Below the pieces are notes generated by a model. It did not search any database. It was given only the letters and a program-made list of their open reading frames with translations, and was not told the DNA's origin. Source: Patescibacteria group bacterium UBA924 (GTDB lineage Bacteria > Patescibacteriota > Microgenomatia > UBA1400 > PJMF01). Taken from it: a stretch of DNA of 64,000 bases. The stretch's first letter is position 1; every line of letters starts with the position of its first letter. Positions 19,701-27,333 of the stretch are shown one piece after another. The position numbers and the translations under genes were made by a program. The stretch lies in assembly GCA_002293725.1 (NCBI GenBank), contig DBDU01000021.1:3369-67368 (forward strand), given 5' to 3'.

Positions 19701-20232
19701 CAAACGTGCTAATAAAGAGATCTCTGAAATTGAGTTGAGTGTGCATCAAGATCAAACCTTCACTTTCGGAGGAGTGATCTCTAAGTTCCGCGAAACAGTC
19801 ACTAAAAAGACCGGCGCCAAGATGGCCTTTGGAACCATCGATGATCGAACAGGGAGTATCGATTTTGTCATTTTTCCGAAAATCTATGAAGAGCTAGCCG
19901 GAAAGCTGACGGCCGACATGGTCGTCTTACTTCGGGCTAAGGTAGACAATCGTGATGACTCTGCACAGTTGATGGTAGAGAAAGTTACCATTCCCGAAGA
20001 AAACTTGGTCAATCTAGCTGGTTCTGAGAAACATCACGAAGTCTTTATTCCTCGCAAAACCGATCAATCTGTCCTTCAAGAAGTTGGCAAGATGCTCAAA
20101 AGCAAGCCGGGCAACGATCGGGTGGTGGTTGTGATTCCCAATGGTGGCGAACCCAAACGAATGCTTTTGCCTTACGGCGTAGCATGGAGTGATGAACTGC
20201 AAAAAGCATTGAATGATCTGTTAGAAAAGTAG
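16771..20232 (+). CDS. dnaE: DNA polymerase III alpha subunit.
   Basis: PHP-domain N-terminus (MSSKFVHLHVHTEYSMLDGL), polymerase core motifs and 1154 aa from the internal ATG at 16771. The track ORF start at 16654 would overlap the upstream minus-strand gene. Confidence 0.9.
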   Translation: MSSKFVHLHVHTEYSMLDGLSKVAPLIKRAKELEFPALAITDHGGMYGAVTFYNACKKNELKAIIGVEAYMAKNSRFDKQTKMGSDQFHLLLLAQNMQGYQNLMKLVSFANLEGFSYKPRMDEEILFKYNEGIICTSGCMSSIFNRLLLDGKEEEAIEKFKLYKEKFPGRFYVELQAHPKVKELKALTKKLVEIARQLDLPLVATNDVHYINPDDATAQDALLCVQTRKLISDTKRMTMMDSPDFYLRTAQEMEELFHEYPEALENTVKIADQCDLEIPTGKLHFPIFPVPEGETDATYFTKLAYEGLHKKWAKPTKEMLDRLQYEIDIIVQKGYPTYFLITQDFVNWAKDNGIGVGPGRGSAAGSLVAFVLGITTMNPLEHGLPFERFLNPQRPTPPDIDMDFADDRRDEVLQYVAQKYGEDHVAQVITFGRMEARVAVRDIGRVLGLPYEDPDKVAKLIPNIPGHKTSLTDAIQEVAELGEYYKQPKYKELIDLAKKVEGVIRHTSVHAAAVVIADKPLYDYTPFQKDQASGKIVTQYDMYSLDCNVSDDAIGLLKFDFLGLRNLSIIQTAVNLIKKYKKKEIDISNLPLDDKKTFELLSSGETTGIFQLESGGMRRVAKTLQPNQFSDITAMVALYRPGPMDLIPTFIEGKHNPDKVVYPHESLKGVLQETYGVMVYQEQILQIANVMAGYTLSEADILRRAIGKKKKYLLDENKKRFTEQSLAKGYTKEVAEKVWGFIEAFANYGFNKAHAASYAMIAYETAYLKAHFPAEYMTALMSVESGSHSANRDEKVAVGIDASKKMGLHILPPDINKSNIDFNLEPDENSKGGLAIRFGFNAIKNVGAAAIENIVATRDKIGQFQSFSHFLMTTDNRKVNKKVLESLIKVGAFDQFASRASMLSQLEEIRAKVNQFSSDIDGQDGLFSGLGDSSQNIQDTFPKLPEYPQAELLSFEKELLGVYLTDHPLAQALEYVIKRANKEISEIELSVHQDQTFTFGGVISKFRETVTKKTGAKMAFGTIDDRTGSIDFVIFPKIYEELAGKLTADMVVLLRAKVDNRDDSAQLMVEKVTIPEENLVNLAGSEKHHEVFIPRKTDQSVLQEVGKMLKSKPGNDRVVVVIPNGGEPKRMLLPYGVAWSDELQKALNDLLEK

Positions 20233-20308
20233 AAAGAACCCTCATTTTGCCCTGATATTTCAGAAATATGTTTTGACTTTTGTGGTCTTCTCCGTAGAAT
20301 GAAGTTCC

Positions 20309-22006
20309 ATGATGCAAGCAGCACATGGAAACCATACCCCCTCACCAAAGTATATTTTTGTTTCAGGCGGAGTTCTCTCCGGACTGGGAAAAGGCGTTAC
20401 CGCTGCCTCACTCGGTCTTTTGCTTAGATCCCGTGGCTACAGCGTCACCAACATTAAGTGTGAGAACTATCTCAACCTCGACTCCGGAAATATCAATCCG
20501 ATTGAGCACGGCGACGTTTTTTTGTGTGAAGACGGTCTGGAAGCTGACCTGGACCTCGGAACCTACGAGCGTTTCCTAGGCGTAAATGTTGGTGCCAAAA
20601 ACTTCACTACCATGGGCCAGATCTACCTAAAGGTGATTGAAGACACCAAGAATCTTTCTTTTAATGGTGCGACGGTTGATGCTATCCCGTACGTGCCCGA
20701 AGAAGCTATTCGTCGGATTAAAGACTCCGCAAAAGGCTTTGACATTATTTTGGTAGAGCTGGGCGGTACGGTGGGAGAGTACCAAAACGCGATCTATTAC
20801 GAAGCCTATCGTATTATGAAGTTACGCCAGCCTCATGACGTCATTCACATTCACGTCACGTACTTTCCAACCCCTGAACACATCCACGAGCTCAAGTCCA
20901 AACCCACTCAGCTATCGGTGAAGCTCTTGAACTCAATGGGTATTCAGCCAGACTTCGTTGTTGGCCGCGCCGCGACACCAATTGACGAAAAGCGCAAAGA
21001 AAAAGTGGCGTTTTACTGTAACTTAGATAAAGCCGACGTTATTTCTAACCCGGATCTGCCATCTATTTACCAGCTTCCTTTAACCTTTCACGAACAAGAG
21101 TTTGATGTCAGGGTCTTAGGAAAGCTGAACTTACCTGTCCAAAGGATTGACATCGCTCCGTGGAAAAAACTAGTTGCTCAGATTGATGATGCCTTCAGCC
21201 AAACTGTCCGAATCGGTATTATCGCCAAGTACATTGCCACGGGTGAGTTTGAGCTCCAAGATTCTTATGCCTCGTTGCTAGAAGCGATCAATCATGCTTC
21301 TTGGCATACTCGCAAAAAAGCAGAGATCGTCTTCATTAACGCCGAAGCCTTGGAGAAAAACGAACCTGACGCTCTCAAGAAGCTTTACGATGCTGATGCC
21401 ATTATTGTCCCGATTGGGTGGGGTTCACGCGGAGTAGAGGGCAAGATTAAAGCTATTGAACATGCACGCACTCAGAAAGTTCCATACCTCGGCTTATGTT
21501 ACGGCATGCAGCTAGCTGCTATTGAGTTCGCTCGTAACGTCCTCGGGCTGAGTGATGCACATACCGAGGAAGTTGCGCCCCAAACTGCCAACCCCTTAAT
21601 TCACTCGATTCCTTTTGATCCCAAGTATCAACGTATTAAAGGTGAGGGTGCCAGTATGCGGCTCGGTGGGTACGACTGTGTCTTGAAAAAAGGCTCGCTT
21701 GCTCATGACATCTATAAAAAGCATCACGCCTTCAAAAATGAAGCTCACTCGACCATTTCTGAACGGCATCGCCATCGCTTCGAGTTTAATAATAAGTACC
21801 GGCAGCAGATGGAAGAAAAAGGGTTTGTCATTAGTGGAACCTCTCCAGATGACTTCTTTGTTGAGATGATTGAGTTATCCCGAGAAGAACACCCATTTTT
21901 CATCGCTACTCAAGCACATCCGGAGTATAAGTCTCGACCCTTGGCCCCACATCCTATCTTTGTCGAGTTTATCCATGCGGCAGCGAAAAACGCTCAAAAG
22001 GAGTAG
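20309..22006 (+). CDS. pyrG: CTP synthase.
   Basis: N-terminal synthetase domain (KYIFVSGGVLSGLGKG) and C-terminal glutamine amidotransferase domain (GLCYGMQLAAIEFARN, catalytic Cys). Confidence 0.9.
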   Translation: MMQAAHGNHTPSPKYIFVSGGVLSGLGKGVTAASLGLLLRSRGYSVTNIKCENYLNLDSGNINPIEHGDVFLCEDGLEADLDLGTYERFLGVNVGAKNFTTMGQIYLKVIEDTKNLSFNGATVDAIPYVPEEAIRRIKDSAKGFDIILVELGGTVGEYQNAIYYEAYRIMKLRQPHDVIHIHVTYFPTPEHIHELKSKPTQLSVKLLNSMGIQPDFVVGRAATPIDEKRKEKVAFYCNLDKADVISNPDLPSIYQLPLTFHEQEFDVRVLGKLNLPVQRIDIAPWKKLVAQIDDAFSQTVRIGIIAKYIATGEFELQDSYASLLEAINHASWHTRKKAEIVFINAEALEKNEPDALKKLYDADAIIVPIGWGSRGVEGKIKAIEHARTQKVPYLGLCYGMQLAAIEFARNVLGLSDAHTEEVAPQTANPLIHSIPFDPKYQRIKGEGASMRLGGYDCVLKKGSLAHDIYKKHHAFKNEAHSTISERHRHRFEFNNKYRQQMEEKGFVISGTSPDDFFVEMIELSREEHPFFIATQAHPEYKSRPLAPHPIFVEFIHAAAKNAQKE

Positions 22007-22031
22007 GGAAGCGCTTCGTTAGCTACCGCGG

Positions 22032-22060
22032 TTGCAAACTCAAGATATGCCGAGTATAAT
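22032..22060 (+). promoter_or_regulatory. Sigma-70-like promoter upstream of rplS.
   Basis: TTGCAA (22032-22037), a 17-nt spacer, then TATAAT (22055-22060), located about 40 nt upstream of the rplS start. Confidence 0.5.
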
Positions 22061-22099
22061 CACATCCTTGCATTACTAGACTGTACATCAAGAGAAGAT

Positions 22100-22450
22100 A
22101 TGGCACTATACCTTACCTACAATGACCAGAATATTGCGGTCGGTGACACCATTCGCGTTCACCAAAAGATCGTCGAAGAAAAACGCACTCGTACCCAGAT
22201 TTTCGAGGGTGTAGTTATCGCTATCCGTGGCAAAGAGAGCGGCAAAACATTTGTCGTTCGCAAGATCAGTGTTGGCGGAATCGGCGTCGAGAAGATCTTT
22301 CCCGTAATGTTACCTTCAATCGAAAAGATCGAAGTCAAACGCAAGGGAGATGTTCGCCGCGGCAAGCTAAACTTCTTGCGTGACCGTATCGGTAAAGCAG
22401 CCTCTAAAGTTAAAGAAAAAAGCCTCGACGAGCGCACAGTCCAAGCGTAA
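22100..22450 (+). CDS. rplS: 50S ribosomal protein L19.
   Basis: 116 aa. [31 protein letters not shown]...[29 protein letters not shown] is a typical L19 sequence. Confidence 0.85.
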   Translation: MALYLTYNDQNIAVGDTIRVHQKIVEEKRTRTQIFEGVVIAIRGKESGKTFVVRKISVGGIGVEKIFPVMLPSIEKIEVKRKGDVRRGKLNFLRDRIGKAASKVKEKSLDERTVQA

Positions 22451-22796
22451 ACTTGGTCAGTACGGAGAGCATCGAGCTGCCCAGTTCCTCCTTTCACTTG
22501 GTTTTTATATTCTCGATAGAAATGTTGCTATTGGTGGCGGAGAGCTTGACCTAGTTGCTTGGGATCAGCCACACCAGGAACTAGTTTTTATTGAAGTAAA
22601 GACGCGTCGACAGAGTTACTCTGGAGATCCAAGCTTTGCAGTGAATCGACGAAAACTGCGGGCAGTCATCCGAGCAGCCAAAGCCTATGCCTCACTTCAC
22701 TTCTCAAATCAAGTCCCTTGTCGAATCGATCTCATTACTCTTGTGTTAGGTCGAGTCCAACACTACCCAAATATAAGCTGGGGAGTGCTAAAGTGA
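22380..22796 (+). CDS. yraN: YraN/UPF0102 family endonuclease-like protein.
   Basis: [49 protein letters not shown] matches the YraN core. The only in-frame ATG is at 22380, which would overlap rplS by 70 nt. The true start may be non-ATG nearer 22440. Confidence 0.6.
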   Translation: MTVSVKQPLKLKKKASTSAQSKRKLGQYGEHRAAQFLLSLGFYILDRNVAIGGGELDLVAWDQPHQELVFIEVKTRRQSYSGDPSFAVNRRKLRAVIRAAKAYASLHFSNQVPCRIDLITLVLGRVQHYPNISWGVLK

Positions 22797-22853
22797 CGCA
22801 AGCTGCACTCGATGCCAAGCATGACAAATGATACAATAACACTCTTGTGATCT

Positions 22854-22927
22854 GGCCCCATCGTCTAGTGGTCTAGGATATCTGGTTTTCATCCAGAAGA
22901 TCGCGGGTTCGAACCCCGCTGGGGTCA
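22854..22927 (+). tRNA. tRNA-Glu (anticodon TTC).
   Basis: GGCCCCA TC GTCT AGTGGTCTAG GATA T CTGGT TTTCATC CAGAA GATC GCGGG TTCGAAC CCCGC TGGGGTC A. Anticodon loop is TTTTCAT. CCA is not encoded. Confidence 0.85.
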
Positions 22928-22937
22928 CAGGTATTTT

Positions 22938-23459
22938 ATGCCTCAGCTCTCACTCCCAGACATCAAGTACAAAGAGAGCTTTTTAAGTGCTCTGCGGGAG
23001 TACCATGCTGAGGATCTTCCCAACTACCGTGAACTCCAAGAGGAAGAACTCACCCAACACTTCGATCGTTTCGTCGAGAAACTTCGTCAAGAAGCTAAAG
23101 GCGAACAGTTGCCTGAAGGTTTTGTCACCCATACAGTATTCTGGTTAGTGGACGGCGACCACTACTTAGGTCGAGTTGACATCCGTCATACTCTGAATGA
23201 GTTTCTTCACAGCGAAGGTGGTCATATTGGCTACGATGTTCGTCCCTCTGAGCGTCGAAAAGGCTATGGCCAGTTAGCATTACAGCTTGGTCTGCAGAAA
23301 GCCAAAGAGTTAAGCTTAGACAACGTCCTTATTACCTGCGATGTAGACAACGTAGGCTCAAATAAAATCATCCGGGCCAATGGTGGAGTTTTAGAAAATA
23401 CTGTTGACCTGGGTGAAGGAAAGACCGCCAAAAATCGCTACTGGATCTCAGTTAATTAG
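22938..23459 (+). CDS. GNAT family N-acetyltransferase.
   Basis: 173 aa. The acetyl-CoA binding motif region (RKGYGQLALQLGLQKAKELSLDNVLITCDVDNVGSNKIIRANGG) is present. Confidence 0.65.
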   Translation: MPQLSLPDIKYKESFLSALREYHAEDLPNYRELQEEELTQHFDRFVEKLRQEAKGEQLPEGFVTHTVFWLVDGDHYLGRVDIRHTLNEFLHSEGGHIGYDVRPSERRKGYGQLALQLGLQKAKELSLDNVLITCDVDNVGSNKIIRANGGVLENTVDLGEGKTAKNRYWISVN

Positions 23460-23943
23460 CCTTTGTTTGCTTGAGTTTAAAAAACTGCTTCATCCTGTCA
23501 GTTCGTTGATCAGGTGGCAAAGAGCTTTCTAGCTGATGTCGTTGACTGTCCATGTTGACCCCTAACATTTCTAGCACTGCAATGGCTTGGGCAATATCTA
23601 CTGGCTGTGTTCTTTCTTGCTGCTTAAACTTATCGGAAGAGTAGTACGCCACAAACCGATTGATAATATCAAAGCGCTGTTGGTCTAACTCAGCCAGATG
23701 GATGGGAGAAGAGAGATACTCGTTAAGTGCCAAACAGAGTTGGTTAAAAGTGTTTTGGCGAACAAAAGCACGAACCTCACTATGAGTTACCCCATTCATC
23801 ATCTCGGTGTGAAGCGTAGCATCGTAACCGGCAAACTCACCGAGTAGCTTCATAGGATCTTGGCGTTTTTCTCGGTGTGCCCGAAAAAACTCATCCAAAT
23901 CATCAGCTTGTCTTGCTCTTTCTTCGTCACTCATTGTATCCAC
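23452..23943 (-). CDS. Hypothetical protein.
   Basis: 163-aa ORF convergent with the GNAT gene, overlapping its 3' end by 8 nt. No recognisable motif. Confidence 0.35.
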   Translation of the reverse strand: MDTMSDEERARQADDLDEFFRAHREKRQDPMKLLGEFAGYDATLHTEMMNGVTHSEVRAFVRQNTFNQLCLALNEYLSSPIHLAELDQQRFDIINRFVAYYSSDKFKQQERTQPVDIAQAIAVLEMLGVNMDSQRHQLESSLPPDQRTDRMKQFFKLKQTKAN

Positions 23944-24088
23944 TCCTATTCTTTACTTTGTACAGCTTATCGTTTTTCGACCCTATCAGCAAGTTTTTTC
24001 TTTATATCCGTATATAATACGTCTCGCTGTCAGCTTGTCACCCGCGACAAACTGACCACATCGTTCATCTTTCTGGAGGTTACTGAAA

Positions 24089-24247
24089 ATGGACCCGAGA
24101 GGAAAGAAGAAAAAGAAAAGTGCGGCGGATTCGACAGGGAAGGGTGGGACAGTCACTGTTCGTCATGCGAACGGCGACGAAAAGACCATCAATCGTTGCG
24201 ATCTCGCTGCGTGGAAGCGAAAAAAATATTATCTCGTCGAAGCATAA
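24089..24247 (+). CDS. Small (52 aa), very basic hypothetical protein, not in the ORF track.
   Basis: ATG at 24089 is preceded by GGAGGT (24075-24080) with an 8-nt spacer. It translates as MDPRGKKKKKSAADSTGKGGTVTVRHANGDEKTINRCDLAAWKRKKYYLVEA with TAA at 24245-24247. An upstream TATATAAT lies at about 24013-24020, and a strong terminator follows. Confidence 0.45.
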   Translation: MDPRGKKKKKSAADSTGKGGTVTVRHANGDEKTINRCDLAAWKRKKYYLVEA

Positions 24248-24265
24248 TGTTTTTTTCACCATGTT

Positions 24266-24302
24266 CGCCGACCTGTCCCTACAGGTCGGCTTCTCTTTCT
24301 CC
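24266..24302 (+). terminator. Rho-independent terminator after the small basic ORF.
   Basis: GCCGACCTGT-CCCT-ACAGGTCGGC is a perfect 10-bp stem (24267-24290), followed by the T-rich run TTCTCTTTCTCC. Confidence 0.6.
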
Positions 24303-24334
24303 TGATCCCGCTTCCCGTGTTAGACTGATGGTGA

Positions 24335-25078
24335 ATGCAAAAAGTGATCCTTTTACTCTTGGTAACTGTTCTAGTTTCGGGAGTTTTTGTTTTCTTGTGG
24401 ATCCGCACCTTCCGTATGCCACAACCAGCACCTGTAGAAACTCCCACCACTTTTACCGTCAGGTACGTAGCTTTGGGTGATTCATATACAGCTGCAGAGG
24501 GAATTGATCCCGCTCAAGGCTGGCCGCAACAACTGAGCGAGGCACTCAATGAGCATGGTATTCCTACCGAGTTAGTCGCCACAGTCGCTCAATCAGGCTG
24601 GACAACTACGGATCTAATCCGCAATGGCAAGTCCTCACTCGCCACTATCGTCAATAGTGAAGCAAACTTCGTCACCCTGATGATCGGTGCAAACGACGGC
24701 GTTCAAGGTGCTAGTCCAGCTCGTTTTCATGATAATTTAGAGATCTTACTCGATCAACTCCTTAGCGTAGTCGGAAAAGAGCAAGTCATTTTAGTCACTA
24801 TTCCTGACTTTTTTGCAACGCCTGTAGGGGCTAGTTATGCTAGTAGTCCACAGGCCCAACAACGCCTAGCGGACTTTAATAAAATCATTAAAACCGTCGG
24901 GGAAAATCGAGGAGTGTTGGTCGTCGATGTCTATGAGCTTTCTCAAGAAATGCGAAAAGACGCTACTTTAGTAGCTGATGATGGCTTGCATCCCAGCGCT
25001 ACCGAGTATGGTAAGTGGGTAAAGCTCATGCTACCCGAAGTGAAAAAGCTGCTTCAACCTGATACTACAAACGAGTAG
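24335..25078 (+). CDS. SGNH/GDSL-family hydrolase (lipase/esterase-like), membrane-anchored or secreted.
   Basis: N-terminal hydrophobic helix, then block I (VALGDSYTAAEG, GDS motif), later GANDG, and a C-terminal DDGLHPS (DxxH). Confidence 0.7.
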   Translation: MQKVILLLLVTVLVSGVFVFLWIRTFRMPQPAPVETPTTFTVRYVALGDSYTAAEGIDPAQGWPQQLSEALNEHGIPTELVATVAQSGWTTTDLIRNGKSSLATIVNSEANFVTLMIGANDGVQGASPARFHDNLEILLDQLLSVVGKEQVILVTIPDFFATPVGASYASSPQAQQRLADFNKIIKTVGENRGVLVVDVYELSQEMRKDATLVADDGLHPSATEYGKWVKLMLPEVKKLLQPDTTNE

Positions 25079-25102
25079 TCTCCAGAATACTCATCTCTAG
25101 TA

Positions 25103-25130
25103 TCAGTCCCTTACGGGAGTAAGGGACTGA
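25103..25130. repeat. Perfect 12-bp inverted repeat between convergent genes, likely a bidirectional terminator-like hairpin.
   Basis: tcagtcccttac-ggga-gtaagggactga at 25103-25130. It lies between the GDSL hydrolase stop (25078) and the minus-strand gene end (25171). Confidence 0.5.
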
Positions 25131-25170
25131 CAGCTGTTGCGGGGAGAAAATCGGGGCTTTTGTGGCGAAA

Positions 25171-25893
25171 CTAGCGGCTGTACCAAAAAGTATTGGCGGC
25201 GCAGATGCGCCAGTCGGCAGCTTGAGACGGGGCGACGCGCCACTCGGTCTGCCAGTTGGCTGGCAGGGTAAACAGATATCCACTCCCAAACGGAACGTTC
25301 TCGGCTGCACCGAAGACGGGAGAGACCGGCATCTGCCAGTATCCACCACGTCCATCGGTGATTCTGGGCGTGCAGTCACCTGCTACCCAGAGAGCAACGA
25401 AAACGTTTTCCCCGTCACGGAAGAAGGCACTGTCTGCGCCAGAACGGCGAGATGGCGAGGGCATAAAAACCAAGCGTTCTGTCCGCGCCGCAACCTGTAT
25501 GTACTGTTCTGCTGTGAGTGCCAGTGGCGTGGTGATTACCGTTTCCAGCGCTGGCAGAACCAAGCTGGAGTAGCAACGGTTCTCTTCGGAACCAACCTGC
25601 GTGATATACCGTTCAACGGCGGCACAGTTACTGTAGCCGCTCGACGGGTTAATCAGCAGGTAGCTCTCCAGAGCCACCGCTCCAATGAAGTTGCTCACCA
25701 ACGGAGTGGGAGCGGAGACGATAGCGCTACGAGACGACGGAGCAGAGGAATTCAGGTTCACCTCGCTCGTCATCCTCAGGAGCGCCCCAACGAGGACGAC
25801 TACTAAAACAGTCACGAGCAGCACGATGATAACAGCGACTTGGCGCTGTTGGTGCTGTTGTGCCGTTTGCGGACGATGAGCTTGAGTGGCCAT
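25171..25893 (-). CDS. Hypothetical membrane-anchored (probably exported) protein encoded in a GC-rich islet.
   Basis: 240 aa. Polar Gln-rich N-terminus, then a TM helix (VAVIIVLLVTVLVVVLVGALL), then a Trp/aromatic-rich domain. Local GC is clearly above the window background by eye. The opposite-strand ORF 25162..25806 looks like an antisense artefact. Confidence 0.45.
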   Translation of the reverse strand: MATQAHRPQTAQQHQQRQVAVIIVLLVTVLVVVLVGALLRMTSEVNLNSSAPSSRSAIVSAPTPLVSNFIGAVALESYLLINPSSGYSNCAAVERYITQVGSEENRCYSSLVLPALETVITTPLALTAEQYIQVAARTERLVFMPSPSRRSGADSAFFRDGENVFVALWVAGDCTPRITDGRGGYWQMPVSPVFGAAENVPFGSGYLFTLPANWQTEWRVAPSQAADWRICAANTFWYSR

Positions 25894-26157
25894 TAGATTT
25901 TTCCTTTCTACTCCTCAAACTCTTCTCTCCAGACAAAGTACTTTATCAGGAGGGTAGAGTTGGGGAGTAGGCAACGAGCTGTTAAGGTGCGGTGTCACTG
26001 CTATTTGGTCGCATTGACCATAAGCAAAAACACCACTACTTTATCGAGTGATAAAGCATTTCAACCTTATATTTTAACATATTATAGGATATTTTTAAAT
26101 GTGTAGCAGATAAGCAACGGGCTACGGAAAGTTCGATTTAAGGTAAAATACAGTCAT

Positions 26158-26589
26158 ATGCAAGCTGGGGTTGATTATATTGGGGTGGGGGTTGGGGCCT
26201 TAATTCTGAACGATAAGGGTCAAGTTTTTATGGGTTTGCGCGGACCAAAAGCCCGCAACGAGCAAGGTAAATGGGAGATCCCAGGCGGAGCCGTAGAGTG
26301 GGGTGAAACATTTGAACAAGCACTAGTTCGCGAGGTCTTTGAAGAGTACGGCATTACAGTCCGAGTTATCCGCCTTCTCCAGATCTGCGACCATATTATT
26401 TACGCTGAAAACCAACACTGGGTCTCGCCCACATATATTTGTGAGATTATTGAAGGAGAGCCTTGCATCAACGAACCTGAGAAATGTAGTGATTTTGGCT
26501 GGTTTACCCCAGAAGAAGCACAAAAATTGCCACTTTCAGTGGTAACAACACACGATATCAAGACACTTTTGGCTGAGAAGAAAAAATAG
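26158..26589 (+). CDS. NUDIX hydrolase (MutT-like).
   Basis: Canonical Nudix box GGAVEWGETFEQALVREVFEEYGI (Gx5Ex7REVxEExGI). Confidence 0.8.
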   Translation: MQAGVDYIGVGVGALILNDKGQVFMGLRGPKARNEQGKWEIPGGAVEWGETFEQALVREVFEEYGITVRVIRLLQICDHIIYAENQHWVSPTYICEIIEGEPCINEPEKCSDFGWFTPEEAQKLPLSVVTTHDIKTLLAEKKK

Positions 26590-26617
26590 CTGTCTTTCGT
26601 CCTCTTGGACTCATCAG

Positions 26618-26672
26618 TACGGACAACATCCGTAGAGACAGGGGCCTTTCGGCCCCCGGGCGTTTCCGCCCT
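26618..26672. terminator. Cluster of three short stem-loops between convergent genes, probably bidirectional terminators.
   Basis: TACGGA-caaca-TCCGTA at 26618-26634, GGGGCC-tttc-GGCCCC at 26641-26656 and GGGCG-tttc-CGCCC at 26658-26671. Confidence 0.4.
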
Positions 26673-27258
26673 ACCGCACGAAGCTCTCGACGACGAAAAC
26701 CTCGAACAGTGCCGTTTGAATTGAAGCTTTCATTTCGGAGACAAAAGGTGTCTCGGCCTTGGCAGCAACTTCTTTCGAGAGTGCCACCACCATTTCCCAG
26801 CTCAGCACCCGATCAGTGATTACCATCAAGTCGTGCCAGTGGATCATGTGGCGACGCATCGCCTCTTCTTGAAGCAGTCTGTAGTCTGCTTCAAAATGCT
26901 TTGCGTGCCTGAACCACTTCACGAACTGTGCAGCAGTCACGACGTCCACTTGTGGGTGGACCAAAGGGTAGTCGGCCAGCGTCTTGTTTCCAATGATTAC
27001 GCGTCGATCCCACATCCCATTGCTGTACACTTCTCTCCAATAGCGAAGTACGTGTTCAGCTTTCTTCTCGAACGCCATCTCGTTCAAGGCGTCGATCAGA
27101 ATGGGTTGGGGAATTTGCCGGATGAAGTGTCCAAACTTGAGCAGGTCTTGACGACCCGCAGCGGCGGCGATGACATCATCAGGGGTAGTTTGGTACCGCA
27201 GTTGGAAAAACACGGGAAAGCCCTCATTCAAATGGTTAAGGTGCATGCATCGCATCAT
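26671..27258 (-). CDS. Hypothetical protein.
   Basis: 195-aa His/Trp/Arg-rich ORF (WFRHAKHF, RRHMIHWHDL). No family recognised by eye. Confidence 0.4.
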   Translation of the reverse strand: MMRCMHLNHLNEGFPVFFQLRYQTTPDDVIAAAAGRQDLLKFGHFIRQIPQPILIDALNEMAFEKKAEHVLRYWREVYSNGMWDRRVIIGNKTLADYPLVHPQVDVVTAAQFVKWFRHAKHFEADYRLLQEEAMRRHMIHWHDLMVITDRVLSWEMVVALSKEVAAKAETPFVSEMKASIQTALFEVFVVESFVR

Positions 27259-27333
27259 CGGCGCAAAACGCCAAATAGCAACACAAACTTAATTATTATA
27301 GGCTATTTTTGTCTATTTTGCAAGTAAATATAG

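Noticed and set aside
25162-25806. 214-aa plus-strand ORF inside the GC-rich islet
   Set aside because: Arg/Gly-rich and lacks hydrophobic-core character, which is typical of an antisense frame in high-GC DNA. The opposite-strand frame has a proper TM helix and a domain-like composition.
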